9,176 nucleotides of DNA. Origin: Candidatus Heimdallarchaeota archaeon (lineage in GTDB: Archaea > Asgardarchaeota > Heimdallarchaeia > Heimdallarchaeales > Kariarchaeaceae). Where the stretch lies: the NCBI GenBank assembly GCA_030149205.1, contig JASBSB010000002.1, forward strand, positions 1 through 9,176, in the 5' to 3' direction. This document shows, in pieces, positions 7,489-9,176 of the stretch (positions are counted from its first letter, which is position 1; the number at the start of each line of letters is the position of its first letter). Made by a program: the position numbers and the translations under genes. The notes beneath the pieces were generated by a model. The model ran no database searches and was not told the DNA's origin. It worked only from the letters and a program-made list of their open reading frames with translations.

Positions 7489-7512
7489 GGTGATAAAAGT
7501 ATACCACCCCAC

Positions 7513-8568
7513 ATGAAGGTAAAAACACTCTTCATGCTCATTTTACTTATAGGGATGATGCTTCCCTATGGAAGCGTCGGACAAGGTATCCATGTCCCCA
7601 CTGTCTCTGGCAAGGCAGTTGGGGTCCTGGTTTCAGATGGATCCGTCCCACAGTTGGCATATCAAACATTCCATAACAATTTACCCAGTGGAGTTCAGAT
7701 CCAAACATTCACCACACTCTATCAGGCATTGGGTGCAAACATCCCACTTTTTATCTTTGCTCATGGTGACAAATCTGGGCTGACCTTAAACGGTGTGCAT
7801 CACTCCTACACTGAGCTCATCTCACTGAAGACAACAAGTCAACTTGTGTATCTGGTTGCCTGTGACAGCCTTTCTATCAGAAATCTCTCTGGGGGGCAAT
7901 TGTTTGATGGATTCAATGGGAAGGTTGATGCAGTTGTTGCTGGGTTATTAGCTGCTGTGGTTGTCATGAAGATCATTCATGATTTTTCACTTATCTTTTC
8001 TGTCATGTACAAGGTCATAAACAGGATTATGGCATTACAGTCTGGGGCTGTTGCTAAATATCTTGCGATCAGTGAGTCCGGGTATCAAATAGCCTATAAG
8101 AAGGAATTTAGATCTGCAAGTGTCTGGGGTGTTACTTATTATGCAGAACACTACCTATGGTTTAACTTTGACAACGGACAATGCAATACATATTTTAATC
8201 CTTTCGCTTGGGGTTTAATATTAGCCTTATTTCGAAGTTTTCTTATTTCACAATTAGTTAGAGCTGGCATAGCCGCTGTTCTTGCTGGAAATTTAGCCTC
8301 TCTTTTAGCGACTTATATTGGATTACATATTGCATTAATTTTAATAGGAATGAACAACAGGAGATTAAGAGACTGTAAGTTTGGATTTGGTGCACAAACA
8401 TTACCTTTAGTCTCTTTAAATTTTCATTCTGATTTCGGTTACAATGATGGGGGAATTGATGGTGATCAATATATCATGCATACTTTACCCACAGACGCGC
8501 TTTATGCAGAAGCCTTATTTGGAGCATTGTATCTGTTTCCAAGTGGATGGATCCCAGTAATGAGGTGA
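7513..8568 (+). CDS. Secreted 351-aa protein: signal peptide, caspase/CHAT/gingipain-like (clan CD) cysteine peptidase domain and hydrophobic C-terminal domain (putative polymorphic toxin)
   Basis: MKVKTLFMLILLIGMMLPYGSVG is a Sec-type signal peptide. LFIFAHG (His codon 7762) and VYLVACDS (Cys codon 7861) each follow a hydrophobic strand, and are followed by GFNGKVDAVVA, like the CHAT G...V.D..A motif. The C-terminal ~165 aa contain a long hydrophobic helical hairpin. The ORF-track GTG start at 7450 runs through the poly-C tract and promoter and is rejected. Confidence 0.6.
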   Translation: MKVKTLFMLILLIGMMLPYGSVGQGIHVPTVSGKAVGVLVSDGSVPQLAYQTFHNNLPSGVQIQTFTTLYQALGANIPLFIFAHGDKSGLTLNGVHHSYTELISLKTTSQLVYLVACDSLSIRNLSGGQLFDGFNGKVDAVVAGLLAAVVVMKIIHDFSLIFSVMYKVINRIMALQSGAVAKYLAISESGYQIAYKKEFRSASVWGVTYYAEHYLWFNFDNGQCNTYFNPFAWGLILALFRSFLISQLVRAGIAAVLAGNLASLLATYIGLHIALILIGMNNRRLRDCKFGFGAQTLPLVSLNFHSDFGYNDGGIDGDQYIMHTLPTDALYAEALFGALYLFPSGWIPVMR

Positions 8569-8572
8569 TTAC

Positions 8573-8965
8573 ATGAAATTTAAAAATCATAGAATTTTAA
8601 ATATTTATTTTTTTCTGATCCTATGGAACCTTGGGTTTACATTAATGTATTTCTTCGATACCACAAGTGATTCATATAATTGGCAAAATGGACTGCTATT
8701 TATTTTTCTAAGCCTTTTGATGTATTTTGTTAATTTTATTTTGCAGAATACAGAGGAGCAAAAGTATTACAGTGGAATAAATCTGGAATCCTTAATTTTC
8801 AGTGGTCTATGCTTAATATTTGCTGTACTATCCTACCTGCTTTATCACCCCAAAATATTTTATTCGATAGTTCTTTTTGTATTTTCTTCATTGTTTTTGA
8901 TACTCGCTATATTTATGAAAAACATATTGAGACCTAAAAATAAAATAAGCAACACCACAATATAA
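8573..8965 (+). CDS. Small 4-TM membrane protein (putative immunity protein)
   Basis: Four hydrophobic segments of about 21 aa and a basic C-terminal tail. It starts 4 nt after the upstream stop. GC is 48/180 (27%) over 8581-8760. The ORF is real with good confidence; the immunity role is inferred. Confidence 0.6.
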   Translation: MKFKNHRILNIYFFLILWNLGFTLMYFFDTTSDSYNWQNGLLFIFLSLLMYFVNFILQNTEEQKYYSGINLESLIFSGLCLIFAVLSYLLYHPKIFYSIVLFVFSSLFLILAIFMKNILRPKNKISNTTI

Positions 8966-8970
8966 ACTAA

Positions 8971-8976
8971 TTTTTT
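8971..8976 (+). terminator. Possible archaeal oligo-T terminator
   Basis: T6 run 5 nt after the TAA of 8573-8965, in the 13-bp gap between convergent genes. Confidence 0.25.
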
Positions 8977-8978
8977 AA

Positions 8979-9170
8979 TCAAGTCAAAGCTTCAGTAGAT
9001 GCTTTTAACAACTTAAGTAGTTGGTTGAATGTTAAAACCGTCTTACCCTCCTCAACCTGCTCTAACTTTTCTGGTTTAACTCCAATTTTCTTTGCTGCCT
9101 TATCTATATCCCACCCCATTTTAAGACGACTCCATGTCAATATTTTTGGATTAACTACAGAGTCTATCAT
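8979..9170 (-). pseudogene. XRE-family HTH, resembling the N-terminus of HTH-ImmA/IrrE (M78) metallopeptidase fusions; apparently truncated
   Basis: VNPKILTWSR...GWDIDKAAKKIGVKPEKLEQVEEGKTVLTFNQLLKL matches the VNP..L.WAR...G....AA...G.....L...E.G...PT..QL.KL pattern. The expected Y..P...F.L..PP continuation and the HEXXH domain are absent. GTAGGT just upstream may be an SD. Confidence 0.6.
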
Positions 9171-9176
9171 ACCTAC

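Noticed and set aside
7450-7512. GTG start giving an N-terminal poly-Pro (RPPPPE) extension, and hence coding-frame phase variation
   Set aside because: The extension is just the translated C13 tract and TATA box, and a clean signal peptide starts at ATG 7513. The tract is therefore treated as promoter-proximal, not coding.
7513-7590. Lipoprotein or Tat signal for the secreted protein
   Set aside because: There is no lipobox Cys and no twin-arginine motif; it looks like a plain Sec signal.
459-7783. Short overlapping ORFs from the track (459-659, 1268-1504, 1987-2223, 2243-2506, 2503-2685, 2670-2918, 4616-4834, 4803-4994, 5526-5738, 5990-6223, 6430-6615, 6480-6695, 6817-7008, 6821-7081, 7568-7783)
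   Set aside because: All are antisense or alternate-frame shadows of well-supported genes, with no recognisable motifs.
1-9176. tRNA, rRNA or CRISPR array
   Set aside because: No cloverleaf, rRNA-like segment or regularly spaced repeats were seen in any intergenic region.

Overview
The window is a compositionally mosaic accessory or defence island, probably archaeal (BRE-TATA-like promoters; the lineage is inferred, not proven). From left to right it holds: (1) a GC-richer, hairpin-rich segment of about 140 bp that looks like an IS end and cuts into (2) an AT-rich gene for an ATP-grasp-remnant/phospho-His swivel (PEP-utilizer mobile domain) protein; (3) a clear viperin-family radical SAM gene directly downstream; (4) an extended/atypical SDR (NAD-dependent epimerase family); (5) a convergent AlkD-like HEAT-repeat DNA alkylation repair gene; (6) an orphan herA-nurA pair with no mre11/rad50 in view, a non-canonical EGAKY motif in HerA and a Zn ribbon in NurA; (7) a C13 tract next to a TATA box; (8) a secreted protein with a caspase/CHAT/gingipain-like His-Gly...Ala-Cys dyad and a lower-GC hydrophobic C-terminal domain, followed by (9) a small AT-rich 4-TM protein; and (10) a short, probably truncated XRE-HTH of the ImmA/IrrE-fusion type. 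The two strongest candidates for undescribed systems are the caspase-fold protease-toxin/immunity pair (7513-8965) and the dikinase-like swivel-domain plus viperin pairing (142-1583). No rRNA, tRNA or CRISPR array was seen.
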